DNA of 64,000 bases from Eledone cirrhosa (Eukaryota). The notes below the pieces were generated by a model. That model did not search any database, was not told the origin of the DNA, and saw only the letters and a program-made list of their open reading frames with translations. Positions 41,253 to 55,350 of the stretch are shown one piece after another; position 1 is the stretch's first letter, and the number at the start of each line of letters is the position of its first letter. The stretch is from positions 30,318,001 to 30,382,000 of the forward strand of contig OZ024747.1 of NCBI GenBank assembly GCA_964016885.1, read 5' to 3'. The position numbers were made by a program, and so were the translations under genes.

Positions 41253-43499
41253 CTGTAAAGAAGAGAAATAGAAATGTATAGAGTTATGAAAATAGAAGTC
41301 TGTTTTAAAAATATTTATTTCAATTTTTTTTTTATTGTTTAGTCAATGAGAGATATGTTAATCAGGTACTGAATTAATATCCCCATGGAAAGAGGTGAAG
41401 AGGACATTCAAAGATGAACTGGCAGCAGAAAATTGAGAGAGACCTGAAACCCAGAAACAAAAGTTGAAATGATACATTGATAGATGCAACTGATTTTGGT
41501 CATTGGGGCACTTTGGCTGCTCCATGTGCCTCAAGATGTGGGAGCTTCTAAGTTTAAGTAAGTCAGGGAGAGAAAAGCAGTGCTCATAATCCTTTTCAAT
41601 ATCCCTAAAACTTATGGGCGTGAAGGAGGGAATAAGATATCTTCATACCAGAGACCTGCCTGAATGCTTGCAACAAATGGCCAAGTATTGATGTTAAACT
41701 GGACAATGGATTAACCCAAGCTGACCATAATGGAATTTGAACTCAGAACACAAAGATCCAGAACAAATATCACAAAACAACTCAGTCAACACTCTAGCAA
41801 TTCTGCTAATTCCCTGTCCTGAATTGGTCCTTTATTTTAGCACCTCTTCTCCCATCCTAAAAAATGTTGAGAGATTAAGTTGACTGAGGTGGGATTTGAA
41901 TTCAGAATGCAAAGAGCCAGAAGAAATACTACAAACATTTGGCCTAATTCTCTAAAAACTCTGCCAATTCACCACCTATGCATTTTATTCTGTTGACGTT
42001 GTTTATCCCCAAATCAGCCTTCATTGAATAGAGATATAATCAAAAGCATTCCAGTCATGACCATTCTGTTTTCACTTCTTTTTGAGGCATAGTTTACCAC
42101 AAACTATGTTATTCTATGTTTCCGTCCCCTTTTAACTTAGTAGGATTTTATCTGAGTTTCATTTCACTGGTATTTCTAAGAGCTGGTACCTTCAGATAGA
42201 TACCCACAGATTTTGTTATTGGGCAAACAAGATTTGAAAAGAATTACATAAAATTTAAGTTTTCATTTCAAGAGAGAAAAGAACAGAACCCCCCCATCAA
42301 AGCATAAAAAAAAAGTTACATTTAAAACTTAACTGGGTATTTTCTTTTGCAATATTTTTGGGAGTTTTTTTCTTGCATATTTTTTTCCTTGCAAGACATT
42401 TTAATGAAACTAAATAACTGCTGCTGAGCAAAGCACTTTGAGTTTACCAACAAACAAGAATCTTTATATAGAAGAAACAGGTAATTTTTTCAACCAAATC
42501 ACTGTTCATCACTATCACTACAACAAGAACATCAATAAGGAAAATGGTTAATGTAGTTTTATTAAAAATAAACAGATAAATAAGAAATGATGTCTTTCTA
42601 GGAAACAACAGTTTTTCAACAAAACACTCACTTCTCTAAACAGTCTTCTACCAAAGAATTTCTCATAAAAACAATGCATTTAAGTTTAAATGCTTTGAAT
42701 TAGATAACATGAAGGAAATAATAACAGCAAAAATTCTATATAAATATACGGAGAATTAAATAAAGATATTAAAAAAAAAAAAATAGATGAGAATTTTATT
42801 CTCCTTGAAAAGATTCGTTAGAATTTTCAAAGTAATTCTGTCAATAAAATTTTGAAGAAACCTCATAAAAAGAAATACAAAGATGGTCAGTAGACAGATA
42901 GACAGACTCACCAAAAATATAAACACACATTCTTAAGATTAGTGTTTACAAGCAGAAAAGATGATTCCAGTTGTGGCATATAAAATACATGCACACATAC
43001 ACACACACACATATCGGCAATATTTTGTTAGTGTTCTTCAAGTTTAGATTTGCTACAGAAGAATTGGCACCATAAAATAAACAAAGACTAGTGCAGAGAA
43101 TAATTTTATCTAAATTACAAACCAACATTGGTAAAATATCTTCTGGACTACATGTTTTTTTGTGCCTGTATATATAGTTGCAGCATAGATATATTGTTAA
43201 GAATTTCATTACAAAAGCATACAGACAAGTGATTAGAATGTCTCAGGAAAGAAATGCAGGACAGATTTTATGGGTAAAGGCAACTAACTGTCAGGAGACG
43301 GGATGGCTGGATAACATTCATAACCTTGGTTGGTCTTAGGGATCCAGGTTGATTAATTGGAGATGGTTGCTTCTGATAGAAACCTCTGCAAGGTATGTCT
43401 GAGGAATCTGCCCCTATGACTCTAAGCCAATTGATAGTCCTGCACATATATATGTGCGTGTGTGTTATCGTAAGTGGTGAAAAAATTAAGTGCAGAAAA

Positions 43500-43750
43500 G
43501 TAGAGGCATGTGGTCTGGTGGTAAGGGTGTTGGACTTAGAATCCTTATATCATGGGTTTGATTCCTGGCCTGGGTTTTGTGTTACGTTCTTGAGCAAAAC
43601 ACTTCATTTCACATATCTCCAGTATACTCAGCTGAAAATGAGCACTAGTTGTAGCTGGGGTTTAACCCTGCAATGGACTGGTATCCTGTCCAGCTGGGAG
43701 TATTGTATTCTCAATTACTTCATGCCATGGAAACTGGAATTAGTTTCTAG
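43500..43750 (+). mobile_element. Degenerate tRNA-derived SINE (family 2-like head and body)
   Basis: gtggtctggtggtaaggg...gggtttgattcc...ttgagcaaaacacttcatttcaca...ctcagctgaaaatgag, similar to 7496-7622. Confidence 0.65.
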
Positions 43751-44873
43751 GTTCTAGTCAGACTTAGGAAAGAGACATCTAGAAATATACTGGGGATGCA
43801 GGTATAGTGAACCAGCAACCAGACATTTAAAAGAAAAGTATTTAGATCTGGCAATTACCGGAAATCTTGTGTAATTTGATGCTTCAACCTGATTATACAT
43901 ACACCTGCATAGTTTAATAGAATAGTTTTATAGAAAATGAAGCTGGAAAAAAAAATAATAGAGAACAGCTGGAATATTAGAAATTATGAATGACAATACT
44001 GAAAATGAAATTTTTATGAGGAATGAAATAACAAAACAAAAAGTGGAAAAAATAATCAGAACACAAACATCTCTGGTTAAATGTAATGATAGGAAGCAAA
44101 AACAAAAAAATGTAGATATAAAATGAAGTTGATTGTTTTTTAATGCATCTAGAAAATGGAAAAAACATTAGTTTGTTTTCATTAAAATATGTTAAATATT
44201 TAATTATTGTATTTGGCTATATAAATTAAACTTAGTGGATGTTTGTTGGTTGTTAGATGATCACTTTTCTTATTAATTAAATCATTGGCTAGCTTCAATA
44301 TTTCTATTCATTCTCAATATACGTTTGAAATGTACAAATAAAATTTGAAATATGTGCGTCCATGTTTTCCATGCTTCGACTTATTTATTTATTTTATTTA
44401 ATCTGTAGCAAGCAATAGGGCTACTTTATCATGGTGGAGTAATTTGATCATGCTTAGGGTTGGTGGTGTAGGAATACTAAGAACGACTTCCGCCCAGCAG
44501 TCAATTTTGCGCCTAATTATCAATTCTCCTGCAGTTACGTTTGGGATCTTCTACCGAGCAGTACCGTGTAACTTCCTTCCTGATTTTCTTGATCTTGCCC
44601 TCTAAAGCTGAGGGTAATCTCGACATATAACTCTGCAGAGAATTACATTTATCATTCAACTTGATTATATGATATGTTTGCAGCTCTTCACTCGCCTTGT
44701 ACTTGTATTAATATGAAGAAGAAAATAAATCTTTATTATGTTTTGAAATATTTTCTTATACACCAATGCCAGATTAAACATTTTACCAAAAGATGGTGAC
44801 TTGAATAGACCTGTTTTTTCTCAAAGAAATTCTTTTCCTCTATCTTTCTATTTCTTCTTAATTTTTCATTCTA

Positions 44874-44909
44874 TTTTCTGATGAAAGACTTGCGTCTGAA
44901 ACGTCAAGA
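44874..44909 (+). ncRNA. Minimal hammerhead ribozyme motif
   Basis: uuuu CUGAUGA a AGAC-uugc-GUCU GAAA CG UC aaga. Intact core and stem II, GUC cleavage triplet, short stem I. Confidence 0.55.
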
Positions 44910-46714
44910 CTCTTTTCCTACTGCATCAAGCATAAAACTAATATATTTCTTAATTGTACTGTGTTGTTTGCTTTATTTATGTTTTGCTTTTTGCATATAT
45001 GTATATATATATATGGTTTAAAAGTAAAGGTGAAAAAGCACAGAAGTATATTTAAAGATTATTTTTTCTTTAATTTGACAGAATGAATAATTTTATAATA
45101 GCTGCATTAAATATTTATGACTCTGTAGCTCATTTAGAATCTTATGCGATGAAAGCCTACTACAAAAACTATAGCTCTCACCATATCTCAGAATATATCA
45201 GAATTATCTCACCATATCTCAGAATTATCTCATCAAAACTGCAGGGAGTTCTAAGAATGTTATTGGCCCTACCATAAAGAGGTATATGCCAGTATACATA
45301 TATCATTTAAAGTCTACTTTCCCTGGTAGCAAAGGTTGGATAGGTCTACATAGACCAAGTTAATACTGACCTCCCAAATGGCTGAGGGGTGTGTATCCCA
45401 CTTATGGTCAAATGAATGTAAAGAGCAATCAACACAATGCGGAAGTTATTCTTAACACATCTGAAGTGATAGACATGTTTGTTTATGTTTCAAGTGAAAC
45501 CAGTGGTAATGCATGGATAAGTGAAACTGTTAACACATATACATACACATACATATATATATACAAACACATACATATACACACACGCATACATATACAC
45601 ACATACATATACACAACCACACACACACATACATATACACACATACATACATATACACAACCACACACACACATATATATATATTAAAATAACAGATTAA
45701 AGTTTAAGCAAAGAATCGCTGCTTTCACCCTTATAGGGTTCTTATATATTTGATATATATTTATCCTTATCGAGCCCTCTTTGGATTTTAGTCTTCGCAT
45801 TTATTATTATTACTATATAAATACATATATATTCGTTGGTTTAAGGATATCCCTGATGTATAAACCTATAATGTTCATAGGTCTGGTTTTATTGATTGAT
45901 TGATTAAAATATATCAATAGAATTTTTTAGCAGATGCCAAATATAATTATTTAATTTAGATTAACTCAGAGGCATATAACTAAATAGAAATGTCAGCTTT
46001 TGTTTATTGCAGGATAATTTTCAGTTATGCTTGCTTAACACACTGAAATCTTCACTGTATTCTTCAATTACTTAATCTATAATGCTTAATCTACATGTCA
46101 GTCAAATAAATTTATGTTGACAAGGGTGGTGCCCTACTTTCCAGGCAAGTTTCAATATTTTATCTCTAGTTAGTTAAGTCAAATTTTCTTGGAAGGAAGA
46201 AACTATTCTTCTAAGGAAGACATATAAACATAATAAAAAAAAAAATGAAAATAAAATTGTAATATAAAAATGCTTATTTCACTGCAATCCTGTAAATAGT
46301 TTTCATTCTGATAATCAGCACTGAACACAAATGGCAATTATTTAAGAATATCATGAAAGTATCTAGCTGAAAATACTACAAATTTAAAGCTTAGAAGTTC
46401 ATCTAAAACAGCTCTTTCTTATGATATCCATGTTACAACTGCATGGAATACTTCTATTAAAGTTCCATTAGGCCATTTTGGTTATTCTATATACAAATTC
46501 ATTAATCTACATAAACACACACATCAAGATAGAGGGGGAGAGAGAGAGAGAGGAAGGGATAGAGAGATAAGTGATATTCTTCAGTCAGTTTCTGCAATAG
46601 TTATTGTATGTTGTCAACACCTTCAGCATTACATTCTTAATTATCTTAGCTCTAGTCAGTGTTAAAATATTTTGTCACCAAACTTCTCCTTATTCTCTCA
46701 ATAAATAAACCTTA

Positions 46715-49612
46715 TTTAGTAAGAAAAAAAAGATGAGGAAACAAAAGGAAAGAAAGAAGAAAAAAGAACAAGAAAGGGAGGAATGGCAAGAGCTCTGGTG
46801 TTGTAGAAGAGAGGAGAGGGGGATTGGGAATAGGGCAAGGGGGAAGGAGTGCTGCGCCCCGAGGACAAGACGTCAAAAGCATTCCTCTGGATGATAGCCA
46901 GTGACACCCACTGCAACGGCCACCCAACCTCGCGGGGCTACCTCCTCAGACGGGCTGCTGACGCTACGATCTTGTGGAGGAGCTCAGCAGTGTGGAGTCC
47001 CAGTACGCCTGACGTCTCGACAGCGACTGGTGCGAAGAGGAAGCGGCCGGACAAACCCCATTATTTGTTTATTTTACATTCTTCTAAACCCATGCTAGCG
47101 TAGAAGATAGATGTTAAACGATGATGATGATGATGATTCTTCTGCGAGGCATGCTGTGATGGTTTGTGGCCGAAGCAACTAAGCTGTAGGTGGAGAACAT
47201 GTCACAGCAGCTGGCATTCCAGATGAGGAATCTACCTCCTTCGAATGCGAAGAGGGTGATTTCGTTGGGGTGCTTGCCATCTCTGCGGTCTATATATTCA
47301 ATATATGAGATGGAAAGCCAGCTATATCCAAGCTTCTTCTCAATATGTTGGTGAGAGCAGTGTGTCAGGGTAACCAGCCTGCGTTCTGGCGGCAAGACAA
47401 AGGGTGCAGGCCGAACTTGTCAACAACCACCTCGCAGTGGCATTTATGTGGTTCACATATGCGGAGGCCAAGGCATTGAGCTACTCTGATGCGAGTGCAC
47501 TCATCATCAAGTAGGTACTGGTTGATGAGGAGGGCACTGAATTGAGCAATGTGCTACTTTTGGGCTGAGAAGCAGAACGGAGGCAGGCAAGGCGGTGTTG
47601 GACCAAGCCAGACTTGATCTGCCTGAAAGAGGACCTGCAATTGATGTCATCTCAGTTATGTTGGATTGTGATATACTGGAGGATAGAGAGGCCTTTGCCT
47701 ATCCTGTAGGCCAGAGCCTGTGCCATCTTGGGGGCCAGGTCAGGTTCGGCTGTCTGGCTGAGAACCTCACTGACGAGAGCGCAACAAGAGGAGAGAGAGG
47801 AGAGGTAGGCAGGTAAAGCTAGCTCTGAAGCTGATCAGAGGCCGAGGCCACCGAACATCGCTGGAAGTGTCGCCTGTTGTCAGCCTGCATTGTTGAAACT
47901 GACATAGCAGATGAGTTCCGCACAACGTCAAATGGTGGCATCAAATTCCCTGAGAAGAACTGCGTGGGGTGGCAAGGTGCACCGCACAGCGTGAATGTGA
48001 GTTTGGGCAGGGCAAAACAGTTCTTCAAGAGGAAGAGAACGGGGTGAGCATCAATGAGACGCAGCCTTTTTGCTAATTAGTACAAATCCGTGTGCTTGGT
48101 CTCCAGACATTCTCTTATGGATTTCGGGAGAATGGGGGAGCTGAGAATGCATGCGGAGTCCTTGGAGGTCGGCTGAGCACTGGCCAGGAAGGGGTGGGAG
48201 CAGAGTACACATTGCGGATTTGGCCTCTCCGTAGCTGATGTTGGTCACCTCAGACTTGGTTGGGTTGCTCTCAAGTCGCAGGAGCTTCAGAGCTGGAAGG
48301 ATATGTCGAAGGTCCACCCAGGGTCGCGTCATCAAGATACCAGATGCTAAGGGGTGACTGAACCGACTGGGCTACCTCGTCGACTGCTAGTGTGAATAGG
48401 AGCGAGCTGAGTGGATCCCCTTGCTGAAAACCTATGGCGGAAGTAATCCCATTGTCGGCAACCATGAGTGAGCTGAGTATTCCGTATGAAAGGTGAACGA
48501 GGGGGTAGATAGAAGGGGCTCGTCTGAGACATGTCTCTAGGAGTGATCCCGTCTAACGCTGTTGAAGGCGTTAGTCATTTCCAGCTTTACGAGGAGGTGA
48601 GGTGACGAGAGAGGTCTGGCCGCATGAGCTGCAACCTCACAACTGCACTTGATTCCCACTCCAAGTTGAACAGGGCTTAGCGCCTCACTCAGGTTGTCTT
48701 TGATTGACTTGCAAGTTATCTTGGCTGCAAGTCGTAGGAAGACGTTACCCACCGCAATGGGGCAGATGCCTCCATCATTCTTCCTCAGGTCAGTCAAGCT
48801 GGTTGAGAAGAAAAGATCGTGGGTATGACTGGGCAAATTGGCATGGAGGAGTCAGTTGGTGACGGCTGTCAATGACTGGAGTAGTTGAGCCCCTGCTTCT
48901 GCTACTTGAGACAAGGTGAGGTCTCAGAGGTGACCGGGGAGCAAACCGTCTACTCCACCACTGTTGCTATCAGGAAAAGATCTTAGGGAGGCTACCACAT
49001 CCTCGTTGGATGCTGCCGGGGAAAGATTGCTGGCCAGAGCTGGAGAAGCCCTGATGTCAGCAGGAGGGTCCAGGTGTTTGAGGTGGGGCACTGACAAAAC
49101 ATCCGGTGTTGGTGGGAGAACTGCGTTGCTTGAGGCCAGCATATGAACAGCTGCCGAGACATCACCCTCAATTAGTTTGAGGTTGACTCTGTCCCGGAAA
49201 CATTTCGTGCTGACATGGGTGGACTGGGGTCATTGCGTTGGCACAGAGTGTTGTTAGGCTCGCAGGTGAAGGCTCGCATTTCCCTTGAGCCTTGAAGCCA
49301 GGGAGGGACCAGATCTGTCTCTCACTGTCGGTTTCCCCACCAACGGGATCCCGAGTACAAGAGTAACAAAACTGAACAGTCTGGTCCAGTCCCGTGGATC
49401 ATCCAAGTCAAGCACTCGGTCGATTAAAGAATGCTAGTGCTTGATCCACGGAAGTGCAGGCAGACCTGGATATCCTGGTGATGACTCTCCGTGACTCCTG
49501 GAGGTGGAAGATCACCACCAGACACCCATCCGAGTTGAGTGGGTTCAGGTCCCAATTGGGTCAGGCACGCGTGACCACCTGTGGTGTTGGGGTAGATAGG
49601 CATGATGGGCAG
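46715..49612 (-). mobile_element. Degenerate CRE-clade non-LTR retrotransposon (RT plus restriction-like endonuclease), interrupted by a SINE tail near 47085-47140
   Basis: SGGVDGLLPGHL; LRKNDGGICPIAVGNVFLRLAAK; QLGVG..CEVAAHAAR; LEMTNAFNSVRR; GFQQGDPLSSLLF; WYLDDATLGG; DGKHPNEITLFAFEGGRFLIWNASC (cf. DGKRPDG..W..G..L.WD); C-terminal QWVSLAIIQRNA. Confidence 0.82.
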
Positions 49613-50100
49613 TGCCAACTTTGCTGTTCATCCTTACAGGTTTGATAAAATAGTAAAAGTACCAGTAATGCACTCGAGGCAATATAATCAACTTTTCCCA
49701 TCCCTCAAATTGCAGGCCTTGTGCCTATATCAGAAATTATTATTCTTATTATTATTATTGCTTAGTCAGAGAAGAAAAGGCAGGACCCAGATCATTTACA
49801 ACTGGTAAAGGTGCCTAACTTAACAGACTATGTCTACTAAAAACCATCTATAATCTCCATATTTTTTTAAAATTTTATAAGCTGTGGGGAAGGGGAGAGT
49901 GTGACGGACTCTACACCTTAGTCATAGTGGAGTTTCCGCTGTTATAGGCCCAAGGCCAGCAATCTGAGGGGAGGGTAAAGTCGATTAAATCGCCCCCCCC
50001 CCCCCACTGCGTTACTGGTACTTTTACTATTTCGTCAACCCTATATAAACGGGATGAACGGCAAAGCTAACCTCAGTGGGATTTGAACTCAGAACATAAA
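49613..50100. mobile_element. Two degenerate SINE family 1 copies (+ at ~49613-49755, - at ~49945-50100)
   Basis: ctttgctgttcatccttacaggtttgataaaat..ggccttgtgcc and ggatgaacggcaaagctaacctcagtgggatttgaactcaga. Confidence 0.7.
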
Positions 50101-51458
50101 GGGTCATCTATACTGTGAAGCAGAATAATGATGTTGATGAAGATAATGACTATGATGACAATAAATATATACTGAACTATTTATCTAAACTTGTCTTTCT
50201 ATATTTCAATAGCCTTAAAATCTAACTAAAATTCACTCAAAAAATGTTCTTATTAGAGAGATTTCTACTGCTTTTACAGCTATTCTATGATGAAGCAGAC
50301 TTTAAATTGATTTTTATCATTATCATCTCAGATATTAAATATTTGATGTTAAGAAGATTCTAGACATTGATTGGGAACATGTCTGAATGGATAGGAATAC
50401 TTTATTATGGTTGAATGTTTGAAAAGCATTGTAATAATTGTGGAAGCGTAATTTAGTAACGAAAAATAAAACTACAATCTCATCATTCAAATACTTCATA
50501 TCATCATCATCATCACCATCACCATTATCATCAACTTCATTGTTTTAATGTCTGCTTTCCCTGCTAGTAAGGGTTGGATGCGTATACATAGATCAGTATT
50601 GAAGTAGAGCCACTGATCTCAAAGGCCAGGGATCTGTGTCTTACTTATGTACAGTCTCACATTCCACTGAGTGCTCAGGAGAGGTTGTCATGCCTTTCAC
50701 TCAACTGAGCGTCCTTCTAACCCTCTGCGTATATATATCATCATCACCGTTTTACCTTCATTTTTTCATGCTAGCATGGGTTAGACTTAAATACCGCTGT
50801 TATGGCCTGGTGAACTATAATGAACAGAAGTGGGCTGAGAACTGAACCCTGATGAACTACTACCTGCACCTTGAATTTGCTGGTGATAGATTAACAAAAT
50901 TTAATAAGTGGGAAGGAGGAGGTTTGGAATAAAAGCAAGGGTGTTAGAAAAAATCTGAAAAATTAATAAGTGTAGGGTGATGATTATTTGAGACCCAAGA
51001 GTATGTTCCATTTTTGGCATGGTTTCTATGGCTGGACCAACCACTTTTATTGACATGCAGTAGGAATGGTGCTGGAACTTTATGGTTCCAAAACAAAGTT
51101 CTTAACAACATTGCCATAGTTGGTTTATATTTCCAGAAACATTATTCACAGGAAAAAAAAGAAATCAGAATACAATACAATTTTTTTTGACAAAGTAAAA
51201 GCAGTAAAATAATTTAAATACTACAAAAAAAAAATGTAGTAATAATATCAATAAAAAGAAATTCATCAATGCATGACAGAAATATCTATTTTTCTATTTT
51301 GGTTATACTTTCAATGAATACGATTAAAATGATACTAGTTTATCAGATTCCTGCATAATCTGGAAGCTGCTCTTATGATGCTTTAAAAAAGTTAGAGATG
51401 ATAGAAGAATAATGCATGAATGTTCCAGTGTACATACTGGAGGTTTTAGAAAAGATGC

Positions 51459-51665
51459 AGTCACATAGAGATATAGGTAGATAGATAGGTAGATAGGTAG
51501 GTAGTCACATAGATAGATATATAGATATGTAGGTAGGCAGTCACATAGAGAGATAGATAGGTAGGTAGATAGATAGGTAGGCAGATACGCAGTCACATAG
51601 ATAGGTAGATAAGTAGGTAGATAGATATATAGATAGGTAGTCACATAGATAGGTATATAGATATA
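51459..51665. repeat. Composite (GATA/GGTA)n minisatellite with a recurring AGTCACATAG unit (5 copies)
   Basis: agtcacatag near 51459, 51503, 51539, 51591 and 51639, separated by GATA/GGTA runs. Confidence 0.9.
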
Positions 51666-51868
51666 TTTCTTTATTTACCATAAAGGCATAAAAAGAAGGG
51701 ACAAATACAAAGGGGGAGTTTACATATAATCGAGTAAAAAGGGTGTAACATGAAAATAATCGAAAATAACCTCAAAAGGGAGGGGACGTGATGGGGGTTG
51801 CACACACCCCCGAAGAAGTGTGCAATCCTTTGCCCGGGGAGCACACGGAGAAGGTGCTCCCCTCTCCT

Positions 51869-54800
51869 TTACTTCTTTACCCACAGGATGGTATACAGAG
51901 AAGGCCCACTTACACGAGCCATTCTCGCCACTATCACCCACCTTTCATAAAACTGCCTGTGGCCAAGCACCTCTCTCTCCATTCTTATCCTTCTTCCGAA
52001 GTGATATCGGAAGAAGTAGACCAGACTATGGCCAGAGAGGAAGTTGCCTGACCTCAGACCTTTCAATCGTGTCCACCAAACAACCTCTTTCAACATGGCT
52101 ATTACGCACAGAAAAACCGCCTTTGCTTCCTTTGTGAAGAGGGGAGGCGGTTTGATTGTCATCACGGACTCGGCGGTCAATTTAATCGGCTTCACCCGCG
52201 ACAGCAGTCGTTCGGCGTAGCACACAGATCAGCCACGCCCGGACATTGCACCAATGCGTGCGCAACGGTTTCTTCGTGACGCACGCATCTAGGGCAAATC
52301 TTTTTTGAGGGATCCCTGCCCGGGCGCCCGTGTCTGTAGAGCCTCTCTCAAACGGGTAGAGCCCCCCGGTAGCACTGCCAGGCCAGTGACTTCTGGAAGT
52401 TGTCCATTGGTCCCGGGCCGAAAGTCCTACCGAACAGGCTGGCCAGTTCATCTTCTTCCATGTCCAGCGACTCTCCAAGGGTGTCATCGCCCCTGCTAGC
52501 CACCAGCCCTCTATAGAATGATGAGGTGGATTCTCCACCGATGGCCTGGCCCGCTTGCCAGAGAGCCCTGAGCGCCTGAGCACACTCAGTGTGCCAGTCT
52601 CCCAGTTTTCCGGATCTTTGCTTGACCCAGGACTGTAGCTCGGTGAGCGAGATGAGTCTCGGAAAGGCTTGTTTCACGAACGGAGCCCACATCGGTTGAC
52701 CAGTGAGGAATACCTGTAGGTGCCGTAGCCTTAATGCGTGCCTACGCATCATCAACCACGGCATCCCCAGCCCTCCTTTCGAAGGTTGTTGGCAGCAGAT
52801 GGATCTTCTCACCATAGGAGGGCGCTTCTTCCAAAGAAATTGGAAGAGCATGCGTTCCATGGTGGTGAGTGTTTCCTTAGGGCAAGGCACGACAGTCAGG
52901 CGGTAGTAAGTGACGGACGCTATGTAAATGTTCGCCACCTCCGCCCGGCCTTTTAGGGACAGCTTACACTTGGCCCATTTCTGGGTTAGTGCAAACACCT
53001 TGTTCGTAACCTCGTTCCAGTTCTTTTCCACCTGGAGGTCCGGTCCAAACCAGACCCCAAGCAACTTTACCGGGCCCTCCGTCCAGTGTCCGACGACACC
53101 GTCAGGAGGCATCGGTCTGCCTCTCCACGTTCCGAGTTGCAGCCCGATGGATTTTTCCCGGTTCAGTTTCGCTCCTGACAACCTTTCGTACTCCTCCAGT
53201 AAGGTACCGATCGCCTCGATCTCCGAGTCGGTCGATACCATTACTGTTACGTCATCGGCGTAGGCCGACACCGCTTTGCTCAATCCTGGTTCCAGGGGGA
53301 TACCCTGCAACAACTCCAACTTCCTCAGTAAAGGCTCGAGAGTCAATACGTACAGAAGGGAGGAGAGAGGGCACCCCTGTCGAATGGATCGTGTGATTTC
53401 GAATGGCTTCGAAAGGTAGCCGTTCACCTTGATCCTAGAACAGATGTGGTTGCTATGTAAGGCAGTGATCCAGCCTCTGAAAACAGGACCGAACCCAGCC
53501 GCCGCTAGCACCGCATCCAGGTAACCATGGTCGACCCTATCGAAGGCCTTAGACTGATCCAAGTTGATCAGGGCCCCACCGAAGCCGGGTTTGTTGCCAA
53601 CCCTCTCTATGATGTATCGCATGAGGTGGAGGTTATCGTGAATGGACCTGGATGGGATAGCACATGTCTGCGCATCTCCCACCAGGCCACCCACGACAAG
53701 CGCCAACCTCTTTGCTAACACCTTGGCCAAAATCTTTAACTCTGTGTTTAGCAGGGTTATGGGCCAAAAATTATTTATACTATCTCCCTTGTTCTCGTCC
53801 TTCCTCACCAGCGTGACTATGCCCTTGGCTACAGAACAAGGAATTCTCCCGTTCTGCTGCCAATTGCAATAGACCGCTTCGAGGAGTTCGGAGAAGAAGA
53901 CCGGCATTGCTAAATAAAGTTCGTAAGGTATACCATCGAGACCTGGAGATTTGCGTCTGCTGCATTGGCTCAGCGCATCTCCGATTTCATCAGCCGAGAT
54001 TGGTCCCTCGCAGGACTCTACCTCTTCGCTCGAGAGACGCGGCAGGCCGTCGAGGTATGGACCGAAATCCACGCCCCCGCCCGGACCCTCGCCTCCCCGG
54101 AACAATCGGGCAAAGTGCCTTTGAAAGGCCTCGCACATCTGCTTAGGCTCCCGGATCACCCGTCCATCTTCGTCTTGCAACGACCGGATGGTGGATCGAT
54201 TTCCACTCTTAGCTTCTGTCACGCGGGCCCAGCCAACGGCTTTGGCCCCCTCATTACCTAGAGCACGTATTTTACTTCGAATGACGCAGCCTTCGTGCTT
54301 TGCATCGAAAAACTGGTTCAAGGCCGTCCTCGATGCCAGCACTCTGGCCACATCTTCGCTCTTGATTGCCTCTTCTAATTTACCTGTTAATTCTTTCTCG
54401 TTTCTATTCCTATCGGCAGCTAACATCTTGCTATAACTTATTGATTCTGTTCTAATCTCTCTTTTGAGAGATGCCCACCATCGGTTGTTGACGATTGCAC
54501 CCGTCAACCTCTCCTTAACTAATCTGCTAATCCGGTTTCTGTAAGTCTCTTTTGCCGGTAAAGACAAATTAAGTTTCCAGTAACCGGGACCCTGTTTATG
54601 TGTTTTCTCGAGATTGACTACGCAGGTCACTAATTTGTGATCCGTGTAGCCAACCGTGCGCATTTCTGGACAGCTTAATATGTCCCTATCCTTACTTCTA
54701 ACTAAGAATCTATCTAAGTACGATCTAGATTGACCACTGTGGTTTCTCCAAGTCCAGGTAGGCACAGTTGGAAAATCTAGTCGATATCTATCGACCAAGT

Positions 54801-55317
54801 TAAAACGGTCGAGTAACCCCTTGAGGCTGTTACACCCCCCTCTATTAGGACATGCTCCTGCATAGTCCCAACGTGCATCTAGGATGTCATTCCAATCCCC
54901 CGCTAGAAGCAGGGAACGCGATGTTCCCAGAAAAGTCTCCAAACGCTGGAAGAAGTCGGGCCGTTCAGCTCCGAAAGGGGAGTAGACGGCAACCAGTCTC
55001 AAGGCCGCACTTTCACTACTGCCAACGTCTAGCACCAACAAACGACCCTCCGGGTCCGAGTGCACAACCTGTACGGCAAGACCCAGGTGTTTTTGCAGCA
55101 GTACGACAACCCCACCCCCACCTCCAGGTTGACAGAGAGATGCATGCACCTCAAAGTCATCGAAGGTGGGGGCCAGCTGCCGCACGACGCTGATTCGAGT
55201 CTCACAGATAACCATTACATTTATACTACATGACCTGAGGTCATTTAGAAGCTTTGCTTGCTTCCAAGTTGAGCCCAGGCCACGTGCATTCAAACATCCT
55301 ACTCTTAACACATCCAT
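51869..55317 (-). CDS. Tx1-like ORF2: APE endonuclease, reverse transcriptase, CCHC finger. 989 codons are open, followed by one nonsense codon (52348-52350) and a 1-nt deletion near 52224
   Basis: EN motifs CLNARGL, ICETR, AVYSP, AGDWN, SYLDRF, TDH. RT motifs KSPGLDG, PITLLN..KILAK, LDQSKAFDRV, IRQGCPLS, AYADD. Beyond the stop: CPRCVRHEETVAHALVQC. Confidence 0.93.
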
Positions 55318-55350
55318 GTGGGCGGCAGAGCCAAAGGAGAGTGTAGAGAC

